Below are positions 12,759-26,882 of a DNA stretch of 64,000 bases, one piece after another. Origin of the DNA: Octopus vulgaris (taxonomy: Eukaryota). The stretch spans positions 133,176,001 through 133,240,000 of the forward strand of contig OX597816.1 in assembly GCA_951406725.2 (NCBI GenBank), written 5' to 3'. Under the pieces are notes generated by a model that ran no database searches, was not told where the DNA came from, and was given only the letters and a program-made list of their open reading frames with translations. Each line of letters begins with the position of its first letter. Position 1 is the first letter of the stretch. Made by a program: the position numbers and the translations under genes.

Positions 12759-14717
12759 TATGTAACAAGATAAATATTAAAAACTCATTTTTTAGGAGGT
12801 ATATTTCTGAGACGTGTCCAACGTTGTTTGTAGAAAATAGAATTGTTTTACACGAAATTTACTTTGTTGAGAGCTCTGCTTTACGACTTGCGGTGTTACT
12901 TTAGCGTTTTATCTATTGTGCAGAATATGGACAATGTGTTTTGTGTCAATTTGTTTAGTAGTGATTGAGATTCAAACGTTGTGAATGAGTTTGTATCATG
13001 TGCCTTAGTGTTGGGTGATGACTGAGTAGAGTATGGTTGAGAATGTTGCACTATACAAGGTGGTGATACTGTCGGTAGAATATGTGTTATGCAAGTTGCG
13101 TAGGGCCTGATTAAATTCATGTGATGTCTTCGGTATACATTATATAGAGGCCTTGAATAAAAAATCTAGCTATTTTATCAAATTATAAATATGTCTTTAT
13201 GTATCCGACAATATATTTGAAGGACCAATATATATAGAAGTAGGGGTGAAACCGAAATGAATACAAGGTTTCCACTATTTACTATATTACCCAAAGCAAA
13301 ATATTTACTTCTTTGCCGATGTGACTGAGACACCTATAAGGTTAATACTGAAAGACGACGGCTTAGATGTAACGAATTATGTGGCAGATTTGAATAAAGA
13401 TCCTGATTCCGTTTTATAATAAATGAAACCTGAAGACACAAAATCTAAATGGTACAGTATTATACGAATTCACTAAGATATTCCAGTTAAATATTCTTTC
13501 CTGATATACAAACGCAATATAATGTGAATATGCTTCTATTGTCTAAAGTTGAAAATGTAAAAGGATTAATTCAAAATTTTATTCGTGTTGGATTTTACTT
13601 AAGAGCATAAGGTTAAATTACTATGCCACAAGGTTAATGGCTTGGAAACTGTTCTCAATAAAATACTTCCTATCTGTTTAAAACTTTGGATTGATTTAGT
13701 GGAAATTGCTGACATTACAGTGTGTATGATATATTGGTAATAATCTAATTTGTACAACCGACTAAAAATAATAATTAAGATCAATTATTCTATAATGATT
13801 TAAATGCATCGAAATAGAGAAATAGAATAAGACTTAATTTTTTATGCTAGTTAATACACTAGCAGTTGTCATTAATTAAGCCTTCTTATTTACTATAGCT
13901 ATCAAATTCGATTATTGTATTATATCAGATGCTTTATTCTGCGTATTGATTAGAACAATTTAAAACACCTAAGTTATTCATAAATGTATAATACTATAAT
14001 GCAATAGTAATTAAGGAAGTGCCGAATTACTGAACCAGGTAGAGTACAAGCATTTAATTTCAGGTGTGCTACGTTAAGCTGTTGACTGTTCCATGTAACT
14101 ATTGAGTTCAAAGTATAGGATGGCGAGATATTGAAATGGCGGATTATGTAGAAAGAGAGAAATTATCTTCATTCATGTTTTATAATTAGCACTTGATATT
14201 TTATTTTACAATATCTATAGTTGATACGGGCTTTGTGCCTAGAGTAGAAAAGAATATCTATAGTTGATACTCTGCTGAGTTCGAGTTTGCTTTTATCCCT
14301 TCGGAGGTCCATAAAATAAGTACCAGTCGAGTACTGGGGTTTATATAATCGACTTATCCCCTCTTTCGAAATTACTAGCCTTGTGCCAAGATTTGAAATC
14401 AATATTTACAATTGATAAATACATGATATGTATGAATCAAGAAATAATTCTCAAAGAGAATATAATTGTTAGAAGAAACAGGAGTAATTTAAGTTGAAGC
14501 AAGAAAATTGTCTTATCAACCGTGAGACTGAAAACACACGTAGCTTCCAGCTGTAAAAAGTCAAATGTCCCCCAAAGAGCTGAAATTCAGGTTCTGCATA
14601 TATGCTTTCCCCAGAAAATTTTCGAATGGTCTGACGGCAGAATTAGACACGAATAATAAACTTTTCCTTTAGGCTAACACAGCAACCAGAGATCAGAGAT
14701 ATTTTGCTAAATATTAC

Positions 14718-15102
14718 TTTCTACTCTAAGCACAAGGCCCGATATTTTGGGGGAGGGGCCAGACGATTAGATCGTCCCCAGCACGCAACTGGTACTTAAT
14801 TTGTTGACCCCGAAAGGATAAAAGTAAAAGTCGAATTTGAATTCAGGACGTAAAGACAGACGAAATATCTATTTCTTTACTACCCACAAGGGGCTAAACA
14901 TAGAGGGGACAAACAAGGACAGACAAACGGATTAAGTCGATTAGATCGATCCCAGTGCGTAACTGATACTTAATTTATCGACCCCGAAAGGATGAAAGGC
15001 AAAGTCGACCTCGGTGGAATTTGAACTCAGAACGTAACGGCAGACGAAATACGGCTACGCATTTCGCCCGGCGTGCTAACGTTTCTGCCAGCTCACCGCC
15101 TT
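14718..15102 (-). mobile_element. SINE family M, dimeric, with 18-bp TSD
   Basis: TSD TATTTTGCTAAATATTAC at 14700-14717 and 15105-15122. Confidence 0.9.
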
Positions 15103-15880
15103 GGTATTTTGCTAAATATTACCATATACAGTATTGTTGTTTATCTACAACAAACATATTAAGTTTATATTGCCAAATATTGTAATAGCTATTTTAGTTT
15201 TAGGACTTAAACATTCCGGTTCGAATCTCAAGAAAAGCTAACTGTCACAAAGGTTTGGATCACATCAATGTTGATTACTATGTATTAGTCCCTTTCACTG
15301 CGAAATTAAGTTCCATGGTTATTCTAGTAATGATGTTAAATATTCACATAAAATAAAATAAAATAGATTTGGCATTTTCTACAAGTCATGAGGCCTCAAT
15401 AAACTTGGCATGCTTCAACAGAAAATAGATTCAGACATGACATTCCTTAACAAAAGATGGATTGCTATATAAAACCACTTTCCGTAGTTAAGGATAATGA
15501 AACTTTGAGTGGATATATCTTCTTTTCGCAGCAAAAGGGTCAAAGTAATAAGCGATTTAATCTTGATCTGTTGGAAATGAGGGAGCAGTAGAAAATGCTG
15601 CTCTTGCAACTAGATTAGTGAGGTAGTGGAGTTATTCTTGATGTCATTTAGCTCCAGGTTAGCTCCACCTGGGTAGATCTAAGAAGACCTAAATAGACCT
15701 AAGCAGACCTAAGGTGTTCAACCACGATCATCATGTTTTCTCAAGCATATGATCACCTAGGACTACATTGATTAGTGGTTTCTTTCTTTTTTATGACACG
15801 GGTGCATGGTTGCTGGAGATTCGATATTTCTTGCTATCCAAGTGATCACGTATTGGCTCCCACAAATGAATTGTGTTATG

Positions 15881-15950
<70 letters not shown>

Positions 15951-15956
15951 TATATA

Positions 15957-16875
15957 CAGGGTGTCCCAAAAAAATGTATGCACACTTTAAACAATTGTAA
16001 AGTAGTTGTTTATTAAAAAACACTTCATTTTCAAAATTTAATAGAATCTAAAGACATTATTTTATTGTTTTGTCAATGCCTGTTTTCAAACTGATGTCCG
16101 GTCTGGTCCAGGCACTGCTGACAACGCAAAGGAATGGAATCACAAATATCACAAAAGAATTTGTTTGGTATTTGTGTGCACTCTCGTCCAATGGCTGCTC
16201 TCAAATCAGCGACTTGTAGGTTTCATAGCGTAGAATTTGTCTTTAAGGTATCCCCATAAAAAGTCTAGTGGTGTGAGGTCTGGTGAATTCAACCATACCT
16301 CTTCATCCAATCCACCTGTTTAGCAAGATCTCATCAAGGAAGGATCTAACATAGCAATGGTAATGTGGGGGAGCCCCATCTTGCTGAAAATAAAACTCCT
16401 CATCTTCAAAGTCTTCTCTAATGCTTGGCATAACAGACTGTTGCAACAAGTTCAAGTAAACGGGACCAGTCACAGTAGCATAACAAAAGAATGGTCCAAT
16501 TAATCCTCTTGATGATAAACCACTTGGACTTTGGTGATTCATTTCCAGTACTCCTTGCTTTGTTGGGGTTGTTGATGTTCGGGGTCTTCTGGAATGCTTA
16601 TCGTGGACATTCTGAACAGTTCCATCAGCTTCAAACTTATCTCTAATTCAAGTGATAGGGAGTTGCATTGGTGGATCTGTTTGAAACTCCCTCCCCAACT
16701 GTTTTGCACTTCAACTGCATTTTCACACTTCCAGTATCATTTTAGAATGAATGTTCTTTGTTCAAAGCTTAATCTCACTGCCATCATTAAATCCTATAGG
16801 TTTCATCTGGAAAGAAAAAATATCAATTGAGTTATCAGCTGCTAAAGTGTGTATACATTTTTTTGGGACACCCTG
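15957..16875 (-). mobile_element. maT-like (IS630-Tc1-mariner) internally deleted DNA transposon with intact TIRs and TA TSD
   Basis: TIR CAGGGTGTCCCAAAAAAATGTATGCACACTTTA and its near-perfect reverse complement ending at 16875; relic [38 protein letters not shown]. Confidence 0.92.
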
Positions 16876-19032
16876 TATATATATATATTGGTTGTATACA
16901 TATTTCTATGAGATATTTAGAAATTTAATATTTCTGATATATATATATTGTATGCATGTATGTATATATCATCATCGGGCTGTATCCACAAACCAATGCG
17001 GTCGGTTGGGAGAACCGTTAGAATGTTCGACGTAAGATTTGTGGTGTTTCGCTTCCTCGAGTTTTGAGTTCAAATCCCGCCGAAGTCAACATTATCTTTC
17101 CTACTTCCGAGCTCGATAAAAGAAAGAATAAATCAAGTACTGATATCGATTGCGACTTTGCTACTTTCACTCTCTTTGAATCAGCTCCAGTGCATTGCGA
17201 GAAAGGGTAGTAGCTCTTTCTACCAGGACGGTCAACCCCACCCTATCGTTGAGAAAGAATGCTATCGTTGATGCTCTAGTTTAGTTTGAACCACGATAAT
17301 GATTTGCAGATGTTTCTACTTACAAAATAACTTATGTGAAGAGAATTCAAGGTACAACAAAGTAAATCAATAGTGTATTTTAAATGAAAACACTTCACGG
17401 TTTGTTACACGGAATTTCATCTGGATCAAATAAAGGCAGAGACACATAAGCGCGCACACGCGCACGCACACCCACACTCTCTCTCTCTCTCTCACATACA
17501 CACACGCACATACATACACAGCAGGATGTAATATGTATGCATGTATGTATGTAACTTATATAATCAGATTATGCGATAGAACCAGCTCTAAAATATAAGC
17601 ACTATCAATACCATATACTTAACGTACTTGCGTTATTATAAACGTCTGAAATTGTGGTTCTTGTTCTGTGAGAATTTCTTTTAGAGATGCATAGTGTTAA
17701 AAATAAACATACAGTTCAGAACTAGGCTAAACAAAATCGCCCCAGAAATGATCACGAGAGCGTCAGATACGTATTTCATTGTATTTGTAGCTTATCAATA
17801 CTGCATACGCGACTCACTTCCAAAACGAAATCGAAACTTTTAACCTGAAGTATATACAGATAGTGTAAAAACTATTTGCTCCTTTGCAATGTTGCTGCAC
17901 AAATAGAATAAACAACACACGTGCGTTAAATATGCAGTCGTGGTAATGTTTCCATTATAGAACGTCTTCTATTGCATAATCTAAATTTATTTTAATTGTG
18001 CAGCACTATTGCAAATCAGCAAATACTTTTTTACTCTATCTGTATACATTTCAGTTTGGAGATTTCAATTTCGTTTCAAAAGAGTCTCTAACATGCAGCA
18101 TTGATAGGTTGCAAAAAAAGAGTGAAATACGTATCTACTCTTTCTCGAGTTCACTGTGGCGCGATTTTATTTCGCCTAGATCTGAAGTATACAGTGTTTT
18201 TTAATCTTTATATAATATCTCAACAAGAAGTTATGTAATCCTAACAGTTAATTTAGAGAAACGCGTGTATGCTTTATAAACATAAAATATCATATATTTT
18301 TTCTGTATTTTATTAATACTATGTGTGTGCGCGTGAGCGAAACTATAAAGCTTAAACTATACAAATCTTGCAGCTATTTCAACTATTTTCCCCCTTAGTA
18401 CATAAAATACGTCTCCTCTTTTCGCTTGTTCTTTTCTTTTTCTCTTTATAAATCGCTATCAGTAGATTCGCTTTATGGAACTTTGATGCAAACAACGTTC
18501 GGTTGTTCTACAAAATTAATTCTTATTTACGTCCTTTGTAAAGGTTTTGCCTTGTCTAAATTTAAACGTCGATAAGGAAAAAACAAAATGGAAAATGTTT
18601 ATTTTTGTTGGCATATTGTTAGTCTTCTATTTAAAACACCCACACTGTGGTCTGAATAAGCATTATTTGATTAGTTCAGATATTTTTCCAATGACGTACT
18701 GTTTGCGAAGGTGCTGCAAGATAAAAGATTAGTATATATTTGTTTTCATTTGTTAAAAACAAATGAGTCACTTTAGTATACAGAAATACTTCTCCCTTTG
18801 CAAAATCTTACTCCAATTGAGGATCAGCCTATAATTTCAAATGCTAAGTATTTCGACTCAGGCTCAATACATAGTTATGAAACTTACACCTTTATTTCTC
18901 TGCTTTAATTCCTACACAATGGACAACAGCAAAACTGGGACACTACATTGAAAAGCTTTACATCAGTGGTTCTTGACCGGGTCCACATGGCTCTTGGGGG
19001 TCCTGCATGTCACTAACCCTAACCCTAAACTT

Positions 19033-19109
19033 ACTATAGCCTCGGACCGACCAAAGCCTTGTGAGTGGACTTGGTAGATGGAAATTGAAAGAAGCTCATT
19101 GTGTGTGTG

Positions 19110-19150
<41 letters not shown>

Positions 19151-19338
19151 GCGCATGTTTGTGTTTGCCCCATCATCGCTTGACAACCGGTGTTGGTTCG
19201 ACAAAAGAGACCAATAGAATAAGTACCCGGTTTTAAAGAAAGAATTACTATGGTCGATTTGTTCGACTAAAATTCTTCAAGACAGTGCCCTCGTATTCCC
19301 GCAGTCTAATGACTGAAACAAGTAAAAGATAAAGGATA
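19033..19338 (+). mobile_element. SINE family A, headless
   Basis: CTATAGCCTCGGACCGACCAAAGCCTTGTGAGTGG..(GT)n..GACTGAAACAAGTAAAAGA. Confidence 0.8.
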
Positions 19339-19359
19339 ATATACAAAATATTTTTTAAT

Positions 19360-19642
19360 AAGTAATGTTCGTGGCCACTTCAACATGGCTGTCCGTTCGA
19401 ACGGACTTTACTGCGATTTTTTTAACCCAAAGAGGACATCTCCTCTAGCTGGTTAACGACCCACAGCTGCATCTGAAATACTGCAAGCAGGGGATCGAAT
19501 CCTACTACCTTCTAACGACGGGACCAACAGACCAACCTGGTTTCGGGTTATTTTTGCCTCTCTTCCAGCTAGAGGAGGTGGTGTCCTCTTGGGGTTAAAA
19601 AAATCGCAGTAAAGTCCGTTGAAGTGGCTACGAACATTACTT
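19360..19642. mobile_element. MITE with about 75-bp terminal inverted repeats
   Basis: AAGTAATGTTCGTGGCCACTTCAAC..GGACTTTACTGCGATTTTTTTAACCC..CTCCTCTAGCTGG is mirrored at 19565-19642. Confidence 0.8.
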
Positions 19643-19818
19643 GTTAGTACAACTAGTGCGTTGATCTCTTACAGAGATTTTAGAACTAGCATTTTTTATA
19701 CAGTTCCTAATAACATTTAATTATAAAAATATAGTAAGATTTTTCAAATATCGAAAGGCTAGGAGGGATTAGAGTAAAATAGAAAACAAAGGGGTCCATA
19801 TGCAAAAAAATGGTTGAG

Positions 19819-19992
19819 AACCACTGCTTTAGATTATTGATAATATTGACTGAGGATGGAGTATTTCCGAAGACTGAGGTTGATGTTGCACTGAAAATTG
19901 ACTGGATGAACCACTGCTTTAGATTATTGATAATATTGACTGAGGATGGAGTATTTCCGAAGACTGATGTTGCACTCAAAATTGACTGGATG
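19819..19992 (+). repeat. Tandem duplication (90 + 84 bp) spanning the hAT end and LINE 5' junction
   Basis: AACCACTGCTTTAGATTATTGATAATATTGACTGAGG..GACTGGATG occurs twice. Confidence 0.9.
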
Positions 19993-21200
19993 GAATAAAA
20001 TCCAAGCAGTTAATACGTGGACGATTACATCACTTCGGTATGGAGCGGGAATTATAAAATTCCAAAAGAGAGAAGTGAAGAAAATTGATACCAAGACTGG
20101 AAAATTGTTGACAATACATGGAACCTTCCACCCTAAGAGTGACACCAATAGGCTGTATTTATCCAGAAGAAAGGGTGGGAGATATTTGATGAGTTGCCAG
20201 GACTGTATCCAAGAAGAGGACAACAGCTTAGGGTTGTGTATAAAAATGCCGCTATTGAAAATCACAAAGAAGGTCGAATTGTGTAACTTAAGAAAAAATT
20301 GAACAAGAAATGAGCAAAAAAAAAAAAAGAAATAGACAAAGCATGGAAGGAAAAGAAAATGTACGGTCAGTTTGCAAAAGATACGAACGCCAAGACAGAT
20401 ACAGAGAACCGGTAGCTATGGATGAGGAGTGACCTAAAGATAGAGACAGAAGCACTCATTTACGCAGCTCAGGAACAAGCGTTAAGTACTAACTATATTA
20501 AATGCAGAATAGACAACACTACCGATAACGCCAAATGCAGAATGTGTGGTGAGAGGAGTGAAATGGTATGGCACATCGTTAGCGAATGCCCGAAATTGGT
20601 ACAACGCGAATACAAAAGACACTATGGCAATGTGGCAAGAATGATCCATTGGGAGCTCTGTGGAAATCACGACCTACAAAGAACAAAGACGTGGTATGAG
20701 AAAACCCCGGAAGGAGTCACCGAAAATGAGAATTGCAAAGTCCTGTTGAATGCAATAATCCAGTGCGATCACCCGGCCAGACATCGGAAACCGGACATTG
20801 TTGTGGTGAATGAAAAAGAAAGAATATGTATGATAATCAACATAGCATGCTCCGGTGACAACAGGATCGATGTGAAAGAAGAAAAAAAACAACTATGACG
20901 ATTTGAAGTGGGGAATGCGAAGGTTGTTATCAATGAAAACAGTAGACGGAATACCAATAATAATTGGAGCACTTGGAAGTATCAGCACTCAACTAGCAAC
21001 ATGGCTATAATAAAGATTGGTGCAAGTATGAAGGTAGAACATCTACAAAGATCAGCATTGCTTGGAACTGCAAGAATTTTTCGCAGTGTTCTTGAAGCAT
21101 AACCAGTAAACAAGTATCACCTTAGTCTGCTGGCTGTAGACAGTTGATACTTTACATCATACATACCAACAAAAGCTGCGAGTTTTTATATAATAATAAT
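19930..21200 (+). mobile_element. R4/Dong-clade non-LTR retrotransposon relic (thumb, CCHC knuckle, RLE endonuclease, 3' UTR)
   Basis: NKIQAVNTW..LRYGAG, HPKSDTNRLYLSRRKGGR, ETEALIYAAQEQAL, CRMC..HIVSEC, RKPDIVV, LQRSALLGTARI; ends in TAATAATAAT. Confidence 0.88.
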
Positions 21201-21239
21201 AACAACAACAATAAGATAAATACTTTCTGCTATAGGCAC

Positions 21240-21963
21240 AAATCAAACTTCGCCTGTGCCTCGGAAAATCTTATCTATGCCATTACATGCTTAGGGTGTT
21301 GTCATAATTATATTGGCCAAACAGGAATATCCCTCTGTCGAAGAACCACACTCCACAACGAACAAATCCACCACCCACAATACAGACAGATACAGGTTAG
21401 TGAACACAGAAAGGTGTGCTAGGAATCTTAATCCTAATTTCCTAATTTTCCCCTTCTGTCAATATTCACAGAACACCTCAGTACAACAAAGAATGAATAA
21501 AGAGGCAACTTTCATCAATAAATATCTTCCACGACTCAATATGAACACATAACATAATACAGAACACTACTAACCTTTCAATTAATACCACTAGCCCCCA
21601 CACATCCCATACACCATTCACATTACAGATCTATATCTACCCTAATTGCACCAAATCCAGAACTACTTACCTCCCTTCCACATAATCGTTTTACTCAGGG
21701 ACTGTTCATCAATCGGTGTGCATTCAAAGCAATGATTAATAAATTCACGAAACCGGTATGCTTTTGAATCTCTTTAACAATTCACAATATTGACTTTTAT
21801 TACTTTTATTCCTACCTCAGTTCATCTAATTGTATATATCTATCGTTACTTTTCATAAAAAGCCTTTTCTTTTTTTGATTTCCAGTGTACATTTTCGCTT
21901 ATTTTTCTTCTTATTTCCCCTTACATTTCCACGTGTAGTTTCTATTTTTGTATATATTTCTAT

Positions 21964-21970
<7 letters not shown>
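21240..21970 (+). mobile_element. Penelope-like element 3' region: GIY-YIG endonuclease relic plus pLTR with hammerhead relic
   Basis: NLIYAITCLGC..NYIGQTG..R..H, frameshifted to R..KEATFINKYLPRLN; hammerhead motif at 21723. Confidence 0.85.
21723..21768 (+). ncRNA. Decayed hammerhead motif (core AUGAUUA) downstream of a Penelope GIY-YIG relic
   Basis: TTCAAAGCA-ATGATTA-ATAAATTCAC-GAAA-CCGG-TA-TGCTTTTGAA; long stem I and palindromic ACCGGT stem III, weak stem II. Confidence 0.5.
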
Positions 21971-22060
<90 letters not shown>

Positions 22061-22074
22061 ATGTCTCTTCTATT

Positions 22075-23100
22075 TTTTAATTATTATAAATTTTCCACTG
22101 AAAGGAGGGATCCGGTTTCCAACAAAGATACATGGCTCTATCTCTGGGATGTAGTTAACGCAGTCAAATTCACATTTGGAACTTGAGAGAAGTTTTGCGT
22201 ATCTTTACTGTTCCACTCACAGATTGCACTTGTGATGTACGAATTGGCCGGTCAATTTCTCTTTCTGAAAATCCCAGTTTATTCAGATTCTCCTTTAAGC
22301 ATTTACTAACAAAACATAGTGCTCCAATCATTATTGGTATGAATATGAATTCATAGTCTGGATATAGAAGCTAGAGGTTTCGAAGCAGTTGTTTATAGAT
22401 ATCCTCTTTTTCTTTGATTTTCAAAGAGATATTTATATCTGCAAGGCAGCTGATTTCTATGATGGTAATACCTTTGCTCCTCTGTCCCAAATAACAATAT
22501 CAGGCTTTTGCTCCTCTGTCCCAAACAACAATATCAGGACTGTTATGTTTACTTTTGACAGAAGTTTTGATGGGAATATACCACCAGTATTCCTTGAATT
22601 GGTGTTTTTGAATGTATTCCATAACAGAGATTTTCTAAGTTTATTTCAGGACAGTCTTTTTTGCGGATGGCATTGTAAATTGCTTTAGCAAAAACATCAT
22701 GCCGCATAGGAAAGTAGTATTATGATGACTTTCCATAACAGAAGAATTTTCTTAGCTTATTTCAGGACAGTCGTTTTTTGCGGATGGCACAGTAAATTAT
22801 TTTAGTAACAACATCGTGTCGCATAGGGAGGTAGTACCGTGACGACATTTTAGGACAGCTGCTAATCACATGCGTGATGTCTTCCAAAGAAACATGACAT
22901 AGCCTACACATGCAGTTGCATCTTGGGATTACAAGAGCGTCACTGTCTCTCTTGTTCACCAGGTATTTTGTGGCAATCTCCTGTCCCGGGATTGCAAACA
23001 CATAGCCCTCATAGTGTGATGTGATATAGTGGTCTTGTGGCCAAGAGAGGTTGCGCTTTTTGTCAATTCTACTGTTTTCTTCAAGCTTCCGTGCAACATA
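22075..23100 (-). mobile_element. R4/Dong-clade LINE relic with internal tandem duplications
   Basis: GQEIATKYL, CRLCHVSLEDITHVISSC..RHDVV, KPDIV; duplicated blocks 22624-22719 and 22738-22836; 3' end runs into TATAATAAT on the minus strand. Confidence 0.8.
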
Positions 23101-23109
23101 CCATGTATG

Positions 23110-23141
<32 letters not shown>

Positions 23142-23898
23142 TGTATGTATGTATGTATGTATGTGTGTATGTACGTATACGATAGAGACGAAGATGATGA
23201 TCGAGGCTCAGTATTATATGAAAGTATCCACAATCAAGATTTTCGTAGATAATTCTCTAGATAACACCGCTTTCGGGAACACTCGCGCTAATATCTTACA
23301 ACAGAAATTTCCCATCCATAAATATCTAAATAGAAAAATATATCATTTTATCAATCATCTAGAGTTAATTTATTTCCTGTTTTAAAGCATTCTGGTTATA
23401 ATTATGATCTACTGTAATCTGACACAGTCTCGGCGACGAAACTCCGAGAGAGAGAGCAAGCGAGAGAGTGGTGCTGGTGGTAGTGAGAGGATCAGCTTTG
23501 ATACATGGCTTTGTTTTTTGTCCTGGAAGGATAAAATACAAAATTGAGCTCAGCAGGATTTGAACGCAGTACACAAAGAACCAGAATAAATGACGATTCT
23601 GCATTGTAACTAGATGTACATATTAGTAATTCGATAGAGAGCTTCAGTCCTGTACGTGAATGATGTTGTTTCGTAATTATGTATCCATGTTGAATAACCT
23701 AACTAGGGTGTTATTGTGCTCTTACTTGTATTATCTCAACAAGAGACTGGAAAAGTCCAAGATAATCTTATCTTCACAGACAAATTGTCTGTTGAAGCCT
23801 GATACGCGGTCATATATTTACGAAGATAATAAAAGGATATAGTAAAGACAACACACAGTTCTTTTTAGTACAATGACTCATTCTGTTAAGAAGGTGAT

Positions 23899-23934
<36 letters not shown>

Positions 23935-24025
23935 GAAGGAGAACAAGTAAAATAGATGGGTAAACAGAAAGGAATATATATATATATACATATATATACA
24001 TATATATACATATATACATATATAC

Positions 24026-24077
<52 letters not shown>

Positions 24078-24082
24078 TATAC

Positions 24083-24158
<76 letters not shown>

Positions 24159-24817
24159 CTCGATTAAGTAATATTTTCTAGAAAATTTGAAATATGATTA
24201 CGATGTGCAAGAGTTAAGAAGAACTATAAGTTATTTATTAAAATAGTGAATAATCAGTTATAGTCAATTTATCTCCCGCCATATCGGCTAATGTTTAATC
24301 TAGTTTGAGACACCTCCCAGTTTCGAGCCATTTCTTTTTTCTTTTTTCTTTTTCAGATACCACTTTTGTGATTGGAATGAAGATTGGAAGTATGATGTAA
24401 ATGTAGGTGGAGTAGTTACAATACAACTGTTATTTCACGAAATATAAACTATATTATTTCTAGGCAAAGATCATAGAGACTCATCTACAATACAAGTAGA
24501 AATATTTGCTTTTTTTTACCATGCACTATGCAAATTGTTACGAAGCAAGTGCTTTGAAAAGCTGAGAAATAAAGCCCTTTTCTGCATATGACGCTACCCC
24601 TTGTTGCGTGTCCAGACGGCTTTACACTACGTAAAGCACATCCATACAGAAGTACGTAAGCTGTAACAGTTGTAACGGAATATAATACATTCACCAAATA
24701 TAACAAATTTCTTCTTACGTACATCTGCTTATTCCATTATTGTAATCAATATATGTGTGTGTATGTGTGTGGATGTGTGTGTGTATGTGTATGTATATGT
24801 ATATGTATATGTATATA

Positions 24818-24877
<60 letters not shown>

Positions 24878-24921
24878 TATATATATATTCATACATACAT
24901 ATATATATATGTATATGTGTG

Positions 24922-24965
<44 letters not shown>

Positions 24966-24967
<2 letters not shown>

Positions 24968-25230
24968 GCCCAATGACCCAGTGGTTAGGGCAGCGGACTC
25001 GCAGTTATAGGATCGCGGTTTCGATTCCCAGACCGGGCATTGTGAGTGTTTATTGAGCGAAAACACCTAAAGCTCCACCAGGCTCCGGCAGTTGGGGTGG
25101 CGATCCCTGCTGTACTCTTTCGCCACAACTTTCTCTCACTCTTTCTTCTGTTGGCCTGCTTGCTTAGCCAGCGGGGAGGCGTCATTTGAAGGCTAAAACA
25201 ATGCGAAGCGCATTGTGACCAGCGACGTTC
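24966..25230 (+). mobile_element. tRNA-derived SINE family C
   Basis: GGCCCAATGACCCAGTGGTTAGGGCAG..GGTTTCGATTCC; related copy at 12283-12476 (minus). Confidence 0.8.
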
Positions 25231-25394
25231 CTCGTCATGTCTGCAAATATACATAACAGAAACGTGCACGAACACACATACATATCCATACATGCATATA
25301 AACAGACATAAAAGTGTATACACTGCATGCACACACAAGCGCACGCGCATACACACACATGTTCGTCTGTCGATGCAACGAAGACCATCTAGTC

Positions 25395-25560
25395 CAGTGT
25401 TTCTCAACAATTTTTCATCTATGGACTCTTTTGATACCCATTTTATTCGGATTGACCCCCTAGCCATTCGATGCTTAAAATTCATATATTCTTATAATTA
25501 AATATCATTAGGAATAGTTTTTAGAAAATAGTACAAATATTTTGTGAATTATAGAAATAT
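25395..25560 (-). mobile_element. Partial copy of the 18964-19826 hAT MITE
   Basis: Terminus CAGTGTTTCTCAAC; alignable to the reverse complement of about 19660-19826. Confidence 0.55.
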
Positions 25561-25801
25561 AACCAAGGAAATACAAGAGGATCAGTAAATGATGACCTTA
25601 ACTAATATCAAACACATTGCAGTGGTCCTTCAGTTTTTCTAAGTCTTGTAAAAGAACTTGGGAAGTTGGGCCCCCAACCAGGCGTTTAGCGACACCCTTA
25701 AAGCCAGGAACCTTCCAGCACTCCCTCGTATATTAGAAGTAGTTATGGTATATCTCGGCTGTTTCTTCTTGAAGTACATCTACTTATTCCATTATTGTAA
25801 T

Positions 25802-25861
<60 letters not shown>

Positions 25862-25868
25862 GGGCGGG

Positions 25869-25923
<55 letters not shown>

Positions 25924-26351
25924 CATACATACATATTCACTGTTATATGTAAATTGAGACACAAATTAAAATTGAGAATTGTGGAAATATTATTTGCAAA
26001 GTTGTTGAATAACAGAACATGGGAATGGAAATATTTTGGTATTATTTTTTCTCCATTACACGTTTTTCATTCGTTAATAGGAATTACAAAGGTTTACATA
26101 TTTCTTTTACATGTACACCCTTGTATTTCCTATTAACAAATGAAACACTTGTGATGGCGTAAAATAATACCAAAATAAATCCATTTTTCTGGTTTGTTAT
26201 ATATGTATATATAAGTGAAGGAGTGGCTGTGCGTAAAGAATCTTGCTTTCCAACCACATGGTTCCAGATTCAGTCCCGATGCGTGGCACCTAAGGCAAAT
26301 GTCTTCTACTATGGCTTCGGGTCGATCAAGGCTTTGTGAGAGGATTTAGTA

Positions 26352-26882
26352 GTGTACGAGTGTTCCAGACGTTTACAAGATGGCCGAAATAATGTCGATA
26401 TAGATGAACGTTCTGGGAGACCGGTAACCAGCAGAACTGAGAAAAACATAGCAGATGCGCGTGCAGTCGTGAAGGGAAATTGTCGAATCATCATTCGTGA
26501 TTTATCAGAGGATGTACAGATTAGTTGCTGTTCAGTTCAGTCCATTATCACTAAAGATTTGGGTATGAGTCGCGTGTCTTTCAAGTTTGTGCCAAAACTG
26601 CTTTCAACGGACCAAAAGGACACTCGAGTTTCAGTTGCACAAGATCTCCTTGATTGTGTTGAGAACTAAGAAAACTGTTTGAATACTTTTCGTAGGCTCA
26701 TGAGCAGGTATTACCGAGCTTTTGGAAAAATCTGATGCAGATTCTCTGCTTAACTTTCTCTATTATGATCAATGCGACGATCACACGCTACACACCTTCC
26801 TTCTAAGCATTGCTGTAAACAGCAGAAGTGAGCTAGAATGTTAAAACTTAGTGCGCATGCACAGCAGAGTTTGAGGTCAATC

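Larger units (their letters stand above)
18964..19826. mobile_element. hAT (Charlie-type) MITE with a nested SINE fragment and a nested palindromic MITE
   Basis: Termini CAGTGGTTCTTGACC and GGTTGAGAACCACTG; 8-bp TSD CTTTACAT/CTTTAGAT. Confidence 0.8.

Noticed and set aside
22095-22150. Minus-strand GAGCC..GAAACCGG as a hammerhead
   Set aside because: The core and stem I cannot be fitted; it is better explained as a Dong 3' UTR.
24605-24650. GCTTTAC/GTAAAGC hairpin preceded by CAGACGG
   Set aside because: There is no GAAA; too degenerate to call a ribozyme.
24966-25045. tRNA-like sequences (also 29270-29342 and 12410-12476)
   Set aside because: They are SINE heads: A and B boxes run into SINE bodies and there is no complete acceptor stem.
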